A DNA stretch of 64,000 nt from Candidatus Krumholzibacteriota bacterium (GTDB taxonomy: Bacteria > Krumholzibacteriota > Krumholzibacteriia > JAJRXK01). The translations under genes were made by a program, and so were the position numbers. Position 1 is the stretch's first letter, and each line of letters opens with the position of its first letter. The stretch lies in contig CAVSGG010000009.1 in NCBI GenBank assembly GCA_963727455.1, positions 96,001-160,000 on the forward strand, read 5' to 3'. Below are positions 50,105 through 58,511 of this stretch, piece by piece. The notes below the pieces were generated by a model. That model did not search any database, was not told the DNA's origin, and was given only the letters and a program-made list of their open reading frames with translations.

Positions 50105-51454
50105 ATGGATCCGAAAAAGGCACTCCTGCAGATCGTGATGGTTCTGATAGCGATCCTGGTCGGGATCGGCTTTCTCTTTCTCAGACAGAGGGTTCCTCCG
50201 GTCACGGCGCGTTTCGATCCACTTCCCGTCGCTCTGGGAAACTCCCAAGAGCTCACTCTACAGCTCGATGCCGCCCGAGGCGGAGTGCGCTCGGTGCGAG
50301 TGGAACTCGTCCAGGCCGATCGCTCTCTTCCGCTCTACGCGGCGAGCTTCGATTCCTCGGGAATCGACCAGCGCCGGCTCACCTTCAAGGTGCAGCCCGG
50401 TCTGCAAAATGCGCGCGAGGGTGACAGCCGGCTGGAGGTTTACGCCAGCGACGGATTCTGGCGCCTGAAGCCGGTGGACAAAAAGCCGGTTCTGAGCGTC
50501 CCGGTCATGGTGGACCTGACTCCTCCCAAGTTGGAAATCATCTCCTACACCCGTTATGTCTCGCAGGGTGGCGCCGCGGTGGCGGTGCTCGGCAGCTCGG
50601 ATGCCCAGAAGGTCGGAGTTGAAATCAAAGGCCACTTCTATCCGGCGAGCCCGGCCGGTGACCCGGCCAAGGGGCTCCACGTGTGCTTCTTCGCGATCCC
50701 CTACGACCAACCCACCGACGAAAATCCGCTGGCGGTGAGCGTGGATGCCGCGGGGAACCGCACCACGAGAATCATTTCCACCGTGATCGCCACGCGCGAC
50801 TTCAAGCATGGCAGCGTCACTCTGAAGCGCGAGTTTCTCGCTTCCAAGCTGCCCGAGCTCTTGCCCCAACGGGGCGAGATCGCGCCCGAGGATTATGGCG
50901 AGGCCTTCAAGTACGTGAGCACCGTCCTCCGCGCCAAAGCGGAGAACGAGATGCGTCAGCTGGCGGGACAGACGGCGCAGCATGCTCTGTGGAAGGGCGC
51001 CTTCCTGCAACCACCGAACACGCGCGTCTTCTCCAATTTCGACGAGACACGCGACTACTCTTACGAGGGGGTCGCGCTGGACACCAAGGTGCACGCGGGT
51101 TTCGACCTGGCTTCGGTGAAGCGAGCTCCCGTTCCCGCCGCGGCGGCGGGGCACGTTCTCTTCGCGGCGGACCTCGGGATTTACGGCAACACGATCCTCA
51201 TCGATCACGGGCTCGGACTTCAGACCGCCTACAGTCACCTCTCGGAAATGAGCGTCTCCGTGGGGCAGAACGTGAAGCGTGGCGAAACGATCGGCCGCAC
51301 CGGCACCACGGGACTCGCCGTCGGCGACCATCTTCACTACGAGGTTCTCGTCGGAGGAACCCCGGTAAATCCCCTGCAGTGGTGGGATGCGAAGTGGATC
51401 GACGCGAAGGTGCGGAAGGTGCTCAGCGAGGGTGGATTGGATCTGGGAATCTGA
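50105..51454 (+). CDS. M23 family metallopeptidase
   Basis: N-terminal TM; HAGFD, YGN, YSHL, HLHY zinc motifs. Confidence 0.9.
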   Translation: MDPKKALLQIVMVLIAILVGIGFLFLRQRVPPVTARFDPLPVALGNSQELTLQLDAARGGVRSVRVELVQADRSLPLYAASFDSSGIDQRRLTFKVQPGLQNAREGDSRLEVYASDGFWRLKPVDKKPVLSVPVMVDLTPPKLEIISYTRYVSQGGAAVAVLGSSDAQKVGVEIKGHFYPASPAGDPAKGLHVCFFAIPYDQPTDENPLAVSVDAAGNRTTRIISTVIATRDFKHGSVTLKREFLASKLPELLPQRGEIAPEDYGEAFKYVSTVLRAKAENEMRQLAGQTAQHALWKGAFLQPPNTRVFSNFDETRDYSYEGVALDTKVHAGFDLASVKRAPVPAAAAGHVLFAADLGIYGNTILIDHGLGLQTAYSHLSEMSVSVGQNVKRGETIGRTGTTGLAVGDHLHYEVLVGGTPVNPLQWWDAKWIDAKVRKVLSEGGLDLGI

Positions 51455-51588
51455 GCGCGGCCGCCCGCATTTTCGCCCTCGAAGCGAAGCCCTGGAAATC
51501 GCGAAAAAAACTTGCCTTCGGGCCCTCCAAGACCTTCTTTCAGGCCAAGATTCCCCCTTGGCTTAGGGTCGCATTTGGAGGACATGAA

Positions 51589-51771
51589 ATGCCTGCGACA
51601 GTAGATCAGGACCTGTGTGAGGGTTGCGAAGATTGCGTGGACACCTGCCCGGTGGAGGCCATCACGGTGACCGACGGCAAGGCTCAAGTGGACGCTGACG
51701 AGTGCACGGAGTGCCAAGCCTGTATCGATCCCTGTCCCACTGACGCGATCTCCATGATCGAAGAAGACTGA
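51589..51771 (+). CDS. 2[4Fe-4S] ferredoxin (60 aa)
   Basis: Hidden at the end of ORF 50683..51771; RBS GGAGG; CEGCEDCVDTCP and CTECQACIDPCP. Confidence 0.92.
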   Translation: MPATVDQDLCEGCEDCVDTCPVEAITVTDGKAQVDADECTECQACIDPCPTDAISMIEED

Positions 51772-51815
51772 GCGACCTAGGCAAGACCGCTCCCTAACGC
51801 GGAGGAACGTTGCCC

Positions 51816-52073
51816 ATGGAAAAGCTCGAGAACCACGTCGTTTCCGCGTGGGAATGGCGAATCCTTTCGCGCTTGCGAGAGGTTCCGGAAGGACCGCTCC
51901 GCGACAGGCTCTTGGATTTTCTGAATGAACTCGTCGTCTTCGTACAGGAGCCCCGTTGCGCCCAAGTTCAGGCCGATGGAGTTCCCTGTGGAGCCGTCGA
52001 CGCGGATTGCGAGGAGTGTCTGAAGGTCAACGAGCTTCTGGACACTCTGCACGGATCACTGCAGCGACCCTGA
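51816..52073 (+). CDS. Small Cys-rich hypothetical protein
   Basis: GGAGG upstream (start could be TTG 51810); C-x9-C-x6-C-x2-C. Confidence 0.65.
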   Translation: MEKLENHVVSAWEWRILSRLREVPEGPLRDRLLDFLNELVVFVQEPRCAQVQADGVPCGAVDADCEECLKVNELLDTLHGSLQRP

Positions 52074-52197
52074 GCACACCCTCTTTTCTCAGAGTATGGT
52101 GTTCTCGGTCCCCCAGGCGGGGTACGCTTTCGCGGCGTGCCCCGTTGTCGTTTCAAGGGGACGGCTTCGACGCCTCTCTGGGAATCGAGATCGCATC

Positions 52198-52995
52198 ATG
52201 TCCATCGCCCAGCCCCAGTTCTACGAAGATCCCTCCATCTACGACATCCTGCACTCGCCATCCACCGGCGAGGACTGCGAGGTCCTGGAGGGGCTTTTCG
52301 AACGTTACGTGGCCAGCAACGGGGTGAAGGGAAGCTGGCTGGAACCTGCCTGCGGGTCAGGCCGATTCCTGCGCGTCCTGGGCGGAAGGGGTCGCCGGAT
52401 TCTCGGATTCGACCAGAACCGCAAGATGGTCGAGTACGCCAGAAGACGCCTGCGGAAACTCGGCCTCAGCTCAAGGGCGCGCGTCTTCGTGGCTTCGATG
52501 GAGTCCTTCGCGGCAAAGGTCCCGGCCGCCAGTGTCGCGCTGGCTTTCAACACCATCAACACGATCCGCCATTTGGAGTCGGATGAGGCCTTTCTCGCGC
52601 ACTTCTCCGAGATGGCGCGCGTCCTCGCTCCCGGTGGAGTTTACGTGGTGGGTATGAGTCTCAGCGCCTACGGCGAAGAGGAGCCGAGCGAGGATGCCTG
52701 GGAGGGTCGGCGCGGCCGGTGCCGGGTTCACCAGCTCGTGCAGTACCTTCCGCCAGAGGCCGGTGGCGCTGGATCACGAGCGGAACAGGTCCTCTCGCAT
52801 CTCACGATCGAAAGGCCAAGCCGCACCGAACAGCGAGATCACCGCTATGCACTGCGCTGCTACGACAAAAAGCAGTGGCACGCACTGATCCGTAAATCCG
52901 CACTCAGAATCGTGGAAGTAACGAGTGACGAGGGTATCGCTATGCGGGATTTCGACGGGAGCTACTTTCTCTACCTGCTGAAGCAGCGAGGCTGA
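52198..52995 (+). CDS. Class I SAM-dependent methyltransferase
   Basis: YD, WLEPACGSGR, GFD, LAPGGVYV. Confidence 0.82.
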   Translation: MSIAQPQFYEDPSIYDILHSPSTGEDCEVLEGLFERYVASNGVKGSWLEPACGSGRFLRVLGGRGRRILGFDQNRKMVEYARRRLRKLGLSSRARVFVASMESFAAKVPAASVALAFNTINTIRHLESDEAFLAHFSEMARVLAPGGVYVVGMSLSAYGEEEPSEDAWEGRRGRCRVHQLVQYLPPEAGGAGSRAEQVLSHLTIERPSRTEQRDHRYALRCYDKKQWHALIRKSALRIVEVTSDEGIAMRDFDGSYFLYLLKQRG

Positions 52996-53029
52996 GCGTG
53001 CTCTGGATTTCGACTCCCGTCACCGCCCT

Positions 53030-53398
53030 CTAGGTGGTCTGCTCGACCGTCAGGGTGAAGCGTTCCACTTCGCGCACTTCCATGTCCCCCAGACCGACTT
53101 CCTGTTCGAGATATAACAGAACGCGGTGGGGATCGACGTCCCCGCAGGTGAAGATGTCCAGCGCGATGAGCCCCAGGTTCGCATAGCTATGGGCGGAGAC
53201 GTGGCTCTCGTCCAACATGCAAATTGCCGCGAAGCCGGGAGGAGAGTCTTGACCAAATCGATAGCGAAGCTGCGAAATGACGTTCGCTCCCGCTCGGTCA
53301 GCCGAGCGCGCCATTGCCTCGAGAAAGCTTTTGTCGTCAAGACAGATCGACTCCGGGACGCCCCGGCAGTCGACGAGCAAATGTCTTCCTTTGTGCAC
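53030..53398 (-). CDS. speD: Pyruvoyl-dependent S-adenosylmethionine decarboxylase proenzyme (class 1b)
   Basis: GRHLLVD, ESH self-cleavage site, DIFTCG; RBS AAGGAG plus GTG 53398. Confidence 0.82.
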   Translation of the reverse strand: MHKGRHLLVDCRGVPESICLDDKSFLEAMARSADRAGANVISQLRYRFGQDSPPGFAAICMLDESHVSAHSYANLGLIALDIFTCGDVDPHRVLLYLEQEVGLGDMEVREVERFTLTVEQTT

Positions 53399-53501
53399 TC
53401 GGGAACTCCTTGAGATCTCCAAGTCCAGCTGGCGTCCAAACGCTCCCCACGGAGTTCTTCCCCCAATTTGGCACGCCGATTCGGGAACGGGACAAATTAT
53501 A
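53399..53501 (-). promoter_or_regulatory. speD -10 box and structured 5' leader (candidate cis-regulatory RNA)
   Basis: TATAAT at 53501-53496 (minus); stem 53477-53467/53440-53431; anti-SD 53457-53451 complementary to the SD region 53409-53403. Confidence 0.45.
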
Positions 53502-53593
53502 GAATTTAGGAAGGCCGCCGCACGAGTTTTTCGCCCCTGAGGGCGTTTTTTCCAAAGAGTGGCTCTGAGGGCCCAAACAGGGCCAATTCCGAC

Positions 53594-54843
53594 TCAGCGG
53601 ATCTCGCCGTCCACCCCGTCCTCCCCTTCCGTGGTGGCAATGATGGCCGCGCCGCAGGAGTCGCTGGTCACGTTGACCATGGTGCGCAGCATGTCCAGAG
53701 GGCGGTCGATGGCCAGCATGGTCCCCACGATCAGACCCACCTGGGGGCCCTTCAGGTGGATGGCGTCGGTGATGATGAAGATCATCACCAGACCGGCCGA
53801 GGGGATTCCGGCCGCGCCGATGCTGGCCAGAAGGGCGGTGACCACCACCACGAGCTGTGAGTGGAGATCGAGGGGAATCCCCATCACCTGGGCGATGAAA
53901 ATGACGCCGACGCACTCGTAGAGCGCCGTGCCGTCCATGTTGATGGTCGCGCCCATAGGCAGTACGAAGGACGAGATCCGATTGCTCACCCCGACCTTCT
54001 CTTCGGTGCAGCGCAAGGTCACGGGAAGGGTGGCCGAAGATGAAGAGGTGGAAAAGGCCATGAGCATGGCCTCGGACATGTTCCGGTAATGAACGTGCGG
54101 CGCGAGACCTCCCACGAATTTCAAGAGCAGAGGCAGGGTGAGGAAGAGGTGGATGGTGAGACCCAAGACGATCGTCAGCATGTAAAGACCGAGAGACTCA
54201 GGGCATTCAGTCCGGATCGCGCGGCCGCCGTCGTGATCAGGCCGAGCACTCCCAGGGGAGCCAGGCGAATGATCCCCGCGGTGATCACCATCATCAGTTC
54301 GAACGCGGCGTCGATGAAACCGCTCAGCGTCTCGCGCTCCTTGTTCGGCAGTCCCAGAATCCCCGCGCCACAGAGAATCGAGAAAAAGATGATGGCGAGC
54401 ATGTCCCCGTTGGCCATGGCCGACACGGGGTTGGTGGGAATCAGGCGGTAGAAGATCTCGGTCAGGCTTCCGGGAGTCTGGAGCGTGGGAAGCGCGTTCG
54501 AAGCCGCCTGGCCCAGATCAGCGCCCACTCCGGGCTTGATGAGGTTTACCAGTACGAGCCCGGTGAGGACAGCGACGAGGCTGGTGGAGATGTAGTAGAC
54601 GAGGGTCTTGATCGAAAGGCGTCCGAGCTTGGCGCCCGCACCGGCCGAAACCACTCCGGAGATGATGCTGGTGAAGATCAGGGGAACGATCACCATACGC
54701 AACAGACGCACGAAGATGGTGCCCATCCAGCCCACCCAGTGGACTGCTCCTTCGGAGAAGAGCACGCCGAGGATCGCGCCCACGAGCATGGCCGCGAAGA
54801 CCTGATTGTGCAGTTTTTTGTACCAGGGATCCGAAGGGGTCAT
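53594..54843 (-). pseudogene. Dicarboxylate/amino acid:cation symporter (DAACS, GltP-like); frameshift near 54198
   Basis: N-half (FVRLLRMVIVPL, PTNP, APLGV) and C-half (AFSTSSSSATLP, ATINMDGT, IDRPLDMLRT) lie in different frames; one added base restores GLNAL(K)SLGLYMLTIV. Confidence 0.8.
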
Positions 54844-54885
54844 GATCGATGGATCATGCCCATCGTTCGCCGCTTTGACAAGTCT

Positions 54886-56286
54886 CTACGCCCAGGGCCT
54901 GCCCCACTGCGCCGGCAGAAGCAGCGCGAAGATGCTTCCCTCACCCTCGATGCTCTTCACCAGGAGTTCGCCGTTGATCTCCTTCACCAGCCTGCGGCAG
55001 CTTGCCAAACCCATTCCGGCGCCACGCACGCCCTTCAGCGGTGAATTGCTGGCCTGCGCGAAGGGTTCGAAGATGGAGGAGAGTTCGTCCTGGGGGATCC
55101 CGATCCCCGAATCGATGATCTCCAACACCACGCACATGTCGCGCGCCGGATGGGGTCCCGGCGGAGGACTCTCTCCGGGCAGGAAGATGGGGAGAAGCTG
55201 ACGATCGCTGCAACCGTCCAGAATTTCGCGGTACAGGGGCAAGCGGTCGACCTGCGGCCGGCCGATCCACCATTCGCGCGAAGTCGCGTAGCAGTGGACC
55301 GCGGCCCAGGGGAAATCCTTGCGGGCATAACTCTGCGCGTTCTGCAGAATCCCTTGCAGCACCGCCTTCACCTTCGCCGGGTCCATGCGTACGTTGGCTT
55401 CCGGCTCGAAGAGATGTCCTTCGGCAACGTGGAATCCGCTGAGGTCCTGCTTGTAGAGCAGAGGACTGAGGACCTCGGAGATGAACTGGGGTTGCGTCAT
55501 CGAGAGGAGTTCGGACGGGGGATGCAGGCCGTCGTCCTCGGTCGAATCCGCCACTCGAAGTAAGGACTGCACCAATTCGCTGAGTCGATCGACCGCCTCT
55601 TGGTGCATGTCGAAGAGTTCGACTTGTTTCTCCGGCTCCGCTTCGCGCGCGAGTTCGACGGCGCTCTTGGCCACCATGAGCGGTGTGTTGAATTCGTGAC
55701 TCACGTGGTCGAGAATGACTCTGCGCAGCCGCTCAGCCTCTTCGATCTTCAGTTTCGCGCGCAGCATGTGCTCGTAGGTGAGCGCGCGCTGCACCATCGT
55801 CCCGATCACCAGACCCATGGCGGCCAGGACGCTCTCTTCGGCGTCGTCGAGACGGCGGCCGGGAATTCGACCACCCAGAAGGAGGAGGGCCACCGGTCGC
55901 TTCGAATCGCGCAGGTACGCGGCGTATTGGAAATTCTTCAGTATCTCCGCCGGCATTCCCCACCAGGGATCGATGTCCACCGTACACGGGCTGCCGGACA
56001 ACACCGATTCCATGGTCTCGGTGTTGGGGATGGCCTCGGGGAGCTGCGCGCAGTCCACTCCCACCGCCTGACAGATGCGGAAACGGGTGCGGCCGCCGGA
56101 GGGAAGATAGAGCGCCACCTGCTGCACGCGGAATTGGCCCGCCACGGTCAAGAGCGAGAGCTTCGCGACTTGCTCGAGCTCCAAGGTGTTCCCCAAGGCC
56201 TTGATGAGCTCGAAGAGCGCCTCGAAGGAGCGGCTCTGAAGCTGGAGACGCACGGACAGCTCGTCCCTCGCGTGCAGGTCGGTCAT
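54886..56286 (-). CDS. GAF-like-domain sensor histidine kinase (cytoplasmic)
   Basis: H-box SHEFNTPL, N-box LQNA, DSGIG, IFEPF, GAGMGL; ATGA overlap with upstream gene. Confidence 0.85.
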   Translation of the reverse strand: MTDLHARDELSVRLQLQSRSFEALFELIKALGNTLELEQVAKLSLLTVAGQFRVQQVALYLPSGGRTRFRICQAVGVDCAQLPEAIPNTETMESVLSGSPCTVDIDPWWGMPAEILKNFQYAAYLRDSKRPVALLLLGGRIPGRRLDDAEESVLAAMGLVIGTMVQRALTYEHMLRAKLKIEEAERLRRVILDHVSHEFNTPLMVAKSAVELAREAEPEKQVELFDMHQEAVDRLSELVQSLLRVADSTEDDGLHPPSELLSMTQPQFISEVLSPLLYKQDLSGFHVAEGHLFEPEANVRMDPAKVKAVLQGILQNAQSYARKDFPWAAVHCYATSREWWIGRPQVDRLPLYREILDGCSDRQLLPIFLPGESPPPGPHPARDMCVVLEIIDSGIGIPQDELSSIFEPFAQASNSPLKGVRGAGMGLASCRRLVKEINGELLVKSIEGEGSIFALLLPAQWGRPWA

Positions 56287-57050
56287 TGCTCCACCCTCTT
56301 GAAGAAGCCCACCCGGTTCCCCGATCCGTCGAAACTGTGCTCGTATTGGTCGAGTAGACGACAGAACCAGCCCGCTTCGGCCGAAGCGCGTCCACAGCGT
56401 GTGATGGACTCCGCGTTGAGATGCGCCCCACCGAGGGAGGACGGGTCGAAGGGCGGTCCATCGTCGCTCATCCAGCCCTCGATGCCCTCGTCTCGAAAGC
56501 GCAGCGAGAGCTCGAGAACTTGCGCCACCTGGGGTGAATTCTCCCCGCGCAGAGCCTCGGCGTGATCCAGGAACTGGGAGCCGATCTCGAACAGCGCGGT
56601 CCTCAGCTCGAAGAGAGAGGGATCCTCGTTGCCCCAGGTCGCCAGGATCATGACCAGACCGGCGTCCAGGACCGCGCGGCTCTCCGGGCTGGCCGCCAGT
56701 TGCATTTCGTAGTAGGGCTTCCCCTCCTGCATGCATCCCCGAAGTTGAAGGGACGAGGTTTTGGCGCCGCTGTTTCCCTGCCCCAAGGAGAAGGGCAAAT
56801 TTCCCAGGCAGGCCCGGCACTTCCCGCGCCGTTCGGGGCCCATGTAGGCTTCCAGTTGGGTGATTCCGCCCTTCGAACTCGCGAAATGGAGCAGCACCCC
56901 GGAGAAGCCCAAGTCCAGGGCGACCTCGGCCAGCCGCGCGAAGTCCTCCCGCACGCGCAGGGTATTTCCCGTCAGTGCGAGGAAGGACGCGGAACGCTGA
57001 GCCTCGTTGAAGGATTCGAGTAGGAGCATGAGCACTGGCCCGGCGGCCAT
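56283..57050 (-). CDS. RsbW/HATPase_c_2-like protein (degenerate) with N-terminal extension
   Basis: LRTALFEIGSQFLDHA, SDDGPPFDP, RLLD..GNRV pattern of anti-sigma kinases. Confidence 0.6.
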   Translation of the reverse strand: MAAGPVLMLLLESFNEAQRSASFLALTGNTLRVREDFARLAEVALDLGFSGVLLHFASSKGGITQLEAYMGPERRGKCRACLGNLPFSLGQGNSGAKTSSLQLRGCMQEGKPYYEMQLAASPESRAVLDAGLVMILATWGNEDPSLFELRTALFEIGSQFLDHAEALRGENSPQVAQVLELSLRFRDEGIEGWMSDDGPPFDPSSLGGAHLNAESITRCGRASAEAGWFCRLLDQYEHSFDGSGNRVGFFKRVEQ

Positions 57051-57258
57051 TTTTTGGCCGCTGGCGCCGGGGAAAAAGGTGTCGATCGCGCCACGGTGGG
57101 GCCCAATTGCCTCGGAAACCCCGTGCGCATCTCCGGATGTGCAAGACCTATTCCCCGATTGAGCTCAGATCCCAAAGGGCGACGCCGCGAGACCAATTCC
57201 CGCGGCGCCACCGGGAAGCCGACCCCGCCGGTGCGGCTCCCCCTCGCTTGGACCTGGC

Positions 57259-58263
57259 CTACCAGCCGCTGATCAGGGAGTCGGCGCTGGCGGTGGCCAC
57301 TTTGGTCTCGCTCTCTTGCTGCTCGGCTCGGCGCTCCTGATACGCCACTACCGCCTTGACCCGCTCCGCGCTCTCACCGGCAGTTTCATGCCCAAGGTCG
57401 AGAGCCTGCTGGTAGGAGGCCAAGGCCTCGCTCAGGTTTCCCAGGTGCTCCTCCACCACACCCAGGTTGTTCTGGAAGCTGGCAATCTCGGGGCGGAGCC
57501 GCACCGCCGCTCGCAGCGGCTGCTCCGCTTCCTCGAAACGCGATTCGAGGATCCGCAGATAGCCCAGGTTGTTCCAGGCCCACGCGTGCTCGGGGTCGAG
57601 CTGGACCGCCTTGCTCAACGCGGCGTCCGCCTCTTCGCGGTTTCCCTGCTGGAGTTCCACGCGGCCCAGAACTTCCCAGGCATCCGCGAAATCGAGTTGC
57701 AGATCCAGAGCGGAATCCACGAGTTCGCGCGCGGTCTGCGGGTCCTTCGCCGCCAGGTAGGCCCGTGCGAGGTTTACCTGGTAGCGGGCGGAATCCGGCT
57801 TCAACTCCACGGCCCGCTCCAACTCGCTCACGGCGAGTTCCGACTCCTGGAGCTTCAGGTAGCAGAGACCCAGGAGATAGTGCCGGCCGGCCCGACTTTC
57901 CTGCGCACGCACGGCCGTTTCCAGTGCACCGCGCGCCGCGGCGTAGTCGCCCTGCTCGTAGAGACCACAGCCTCTGGCCCAGGCGTTTTCCTCGTCCTGA
58001 CTCCTCGAGGCCGCCGCGGATTCCTCCTTCGAGCTGGCGCCGGGAGGGCTCGGATCGGATTTCCGTGCCGCGAGTTCCTCCGCCGGCTCCTTCTGCGTCA
58101 CGGCCGCGCTGCTGGGTTGCGCCGCGGGCGCCGGGCTCGCGGTGGCGCTCGCGGTGGCGCGCTCGCCGCCCGCCGTGGCGGGTTCGTGGCTGGATTGGGA
58201 GAGAAAGATGAGGGCGTAGACGATCAGGGCCGAGCCCAGGAGGGGAATCAGAGTCCATTTCAT
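57259..58263 (-). CDS. Membrane-anchored TPR protein
   Basis: N-terminal TM, A/S/P-rich linker, about 6 TPRs (AWNNLG, FQNNLG). Confidence 0.82.
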   Translation of the reverse strand: MKWTLIPLLGSALIVYALIFLSQSSHEPATAGGERATASATASPAPAAQPSSAAVTQKEPAEELAARKSDPSPPGASSKEESAAASRSQDEENAWARGCGLYEQGDYAAARGALETAVRAQESRAGRHYLLGLCYLKLQESELAVSELERAVELKPDSARYQVNLARAYLAAKDPQTARELVDSALDLQLDFADAWEVLGRVELQQGNREEADAALSKAVQLDPEHAWAWNNLGYLRILESRFEEAEQPLRAAVRLRPEIASFQNNLGVVEEHLGNLSEALASYQQALDLGHETAGESAERVKAVVAYQERRAEQQESETKVATASADSLISGW

Positions 58264-58314
58264 GGTGGCGTCCTTTCGCTGAAGGCAGAGGGAAGTGTTC
58301 CCGGAATCTCCCCT

Positions 58315-58332
58315 ACGCAGCCTGCGAGCCAG
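58315..58332 (-). promoter_or_regulatory. Sigma54 -24/-12 promoter of the TPR gene
   Basis: Minus strand CTGGCTCGCAGGCTGCGT = GG-N10-GC. Confidence 0.6.
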
Positions 58333-58407
58333 CACGGTGAATCTCCGTAAGCTATTGTCATTAAGTAAATTATGAAATTCGATCGGGAAGGGATTTCCTT
58401 CAAAACC

Positions 58408-58490
58408 GTGTCTCTGTGGACACACCTTTCCAGGCGAAAGCTGCAAGCGAAGCAGGGGCAGGGACTTGCATGGTGTGTCAAATCTGACAC
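58408..58490. promoter_or_regulatory. Two putative enhancer (bEBP-binding) palindromes GTGTC-N6-GACAC
   Basis: GTGTCTCTGTGGACAC (58408-23) and GTGTCAAATCTGACAC (58475-90). Confidence 0.6.
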
Positions 58491-58511
58491 GAATGGAGAG
58501 GGGGCTTCCTC

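Noticed and set aside
53468-53484. TGGCAC sigma54-like -24 elements here and at 12962
   Set aside because: No GC at the required GG-N10-GC spacing at either site.
54886-57144. 752-aa ORF as a single kinase
   Set aside because: The N-terminal part overlaps the RsbW-like gene out of frame; RBS GGAGG-like GGTGGAG and the ATGA overlap support a start at 56286.
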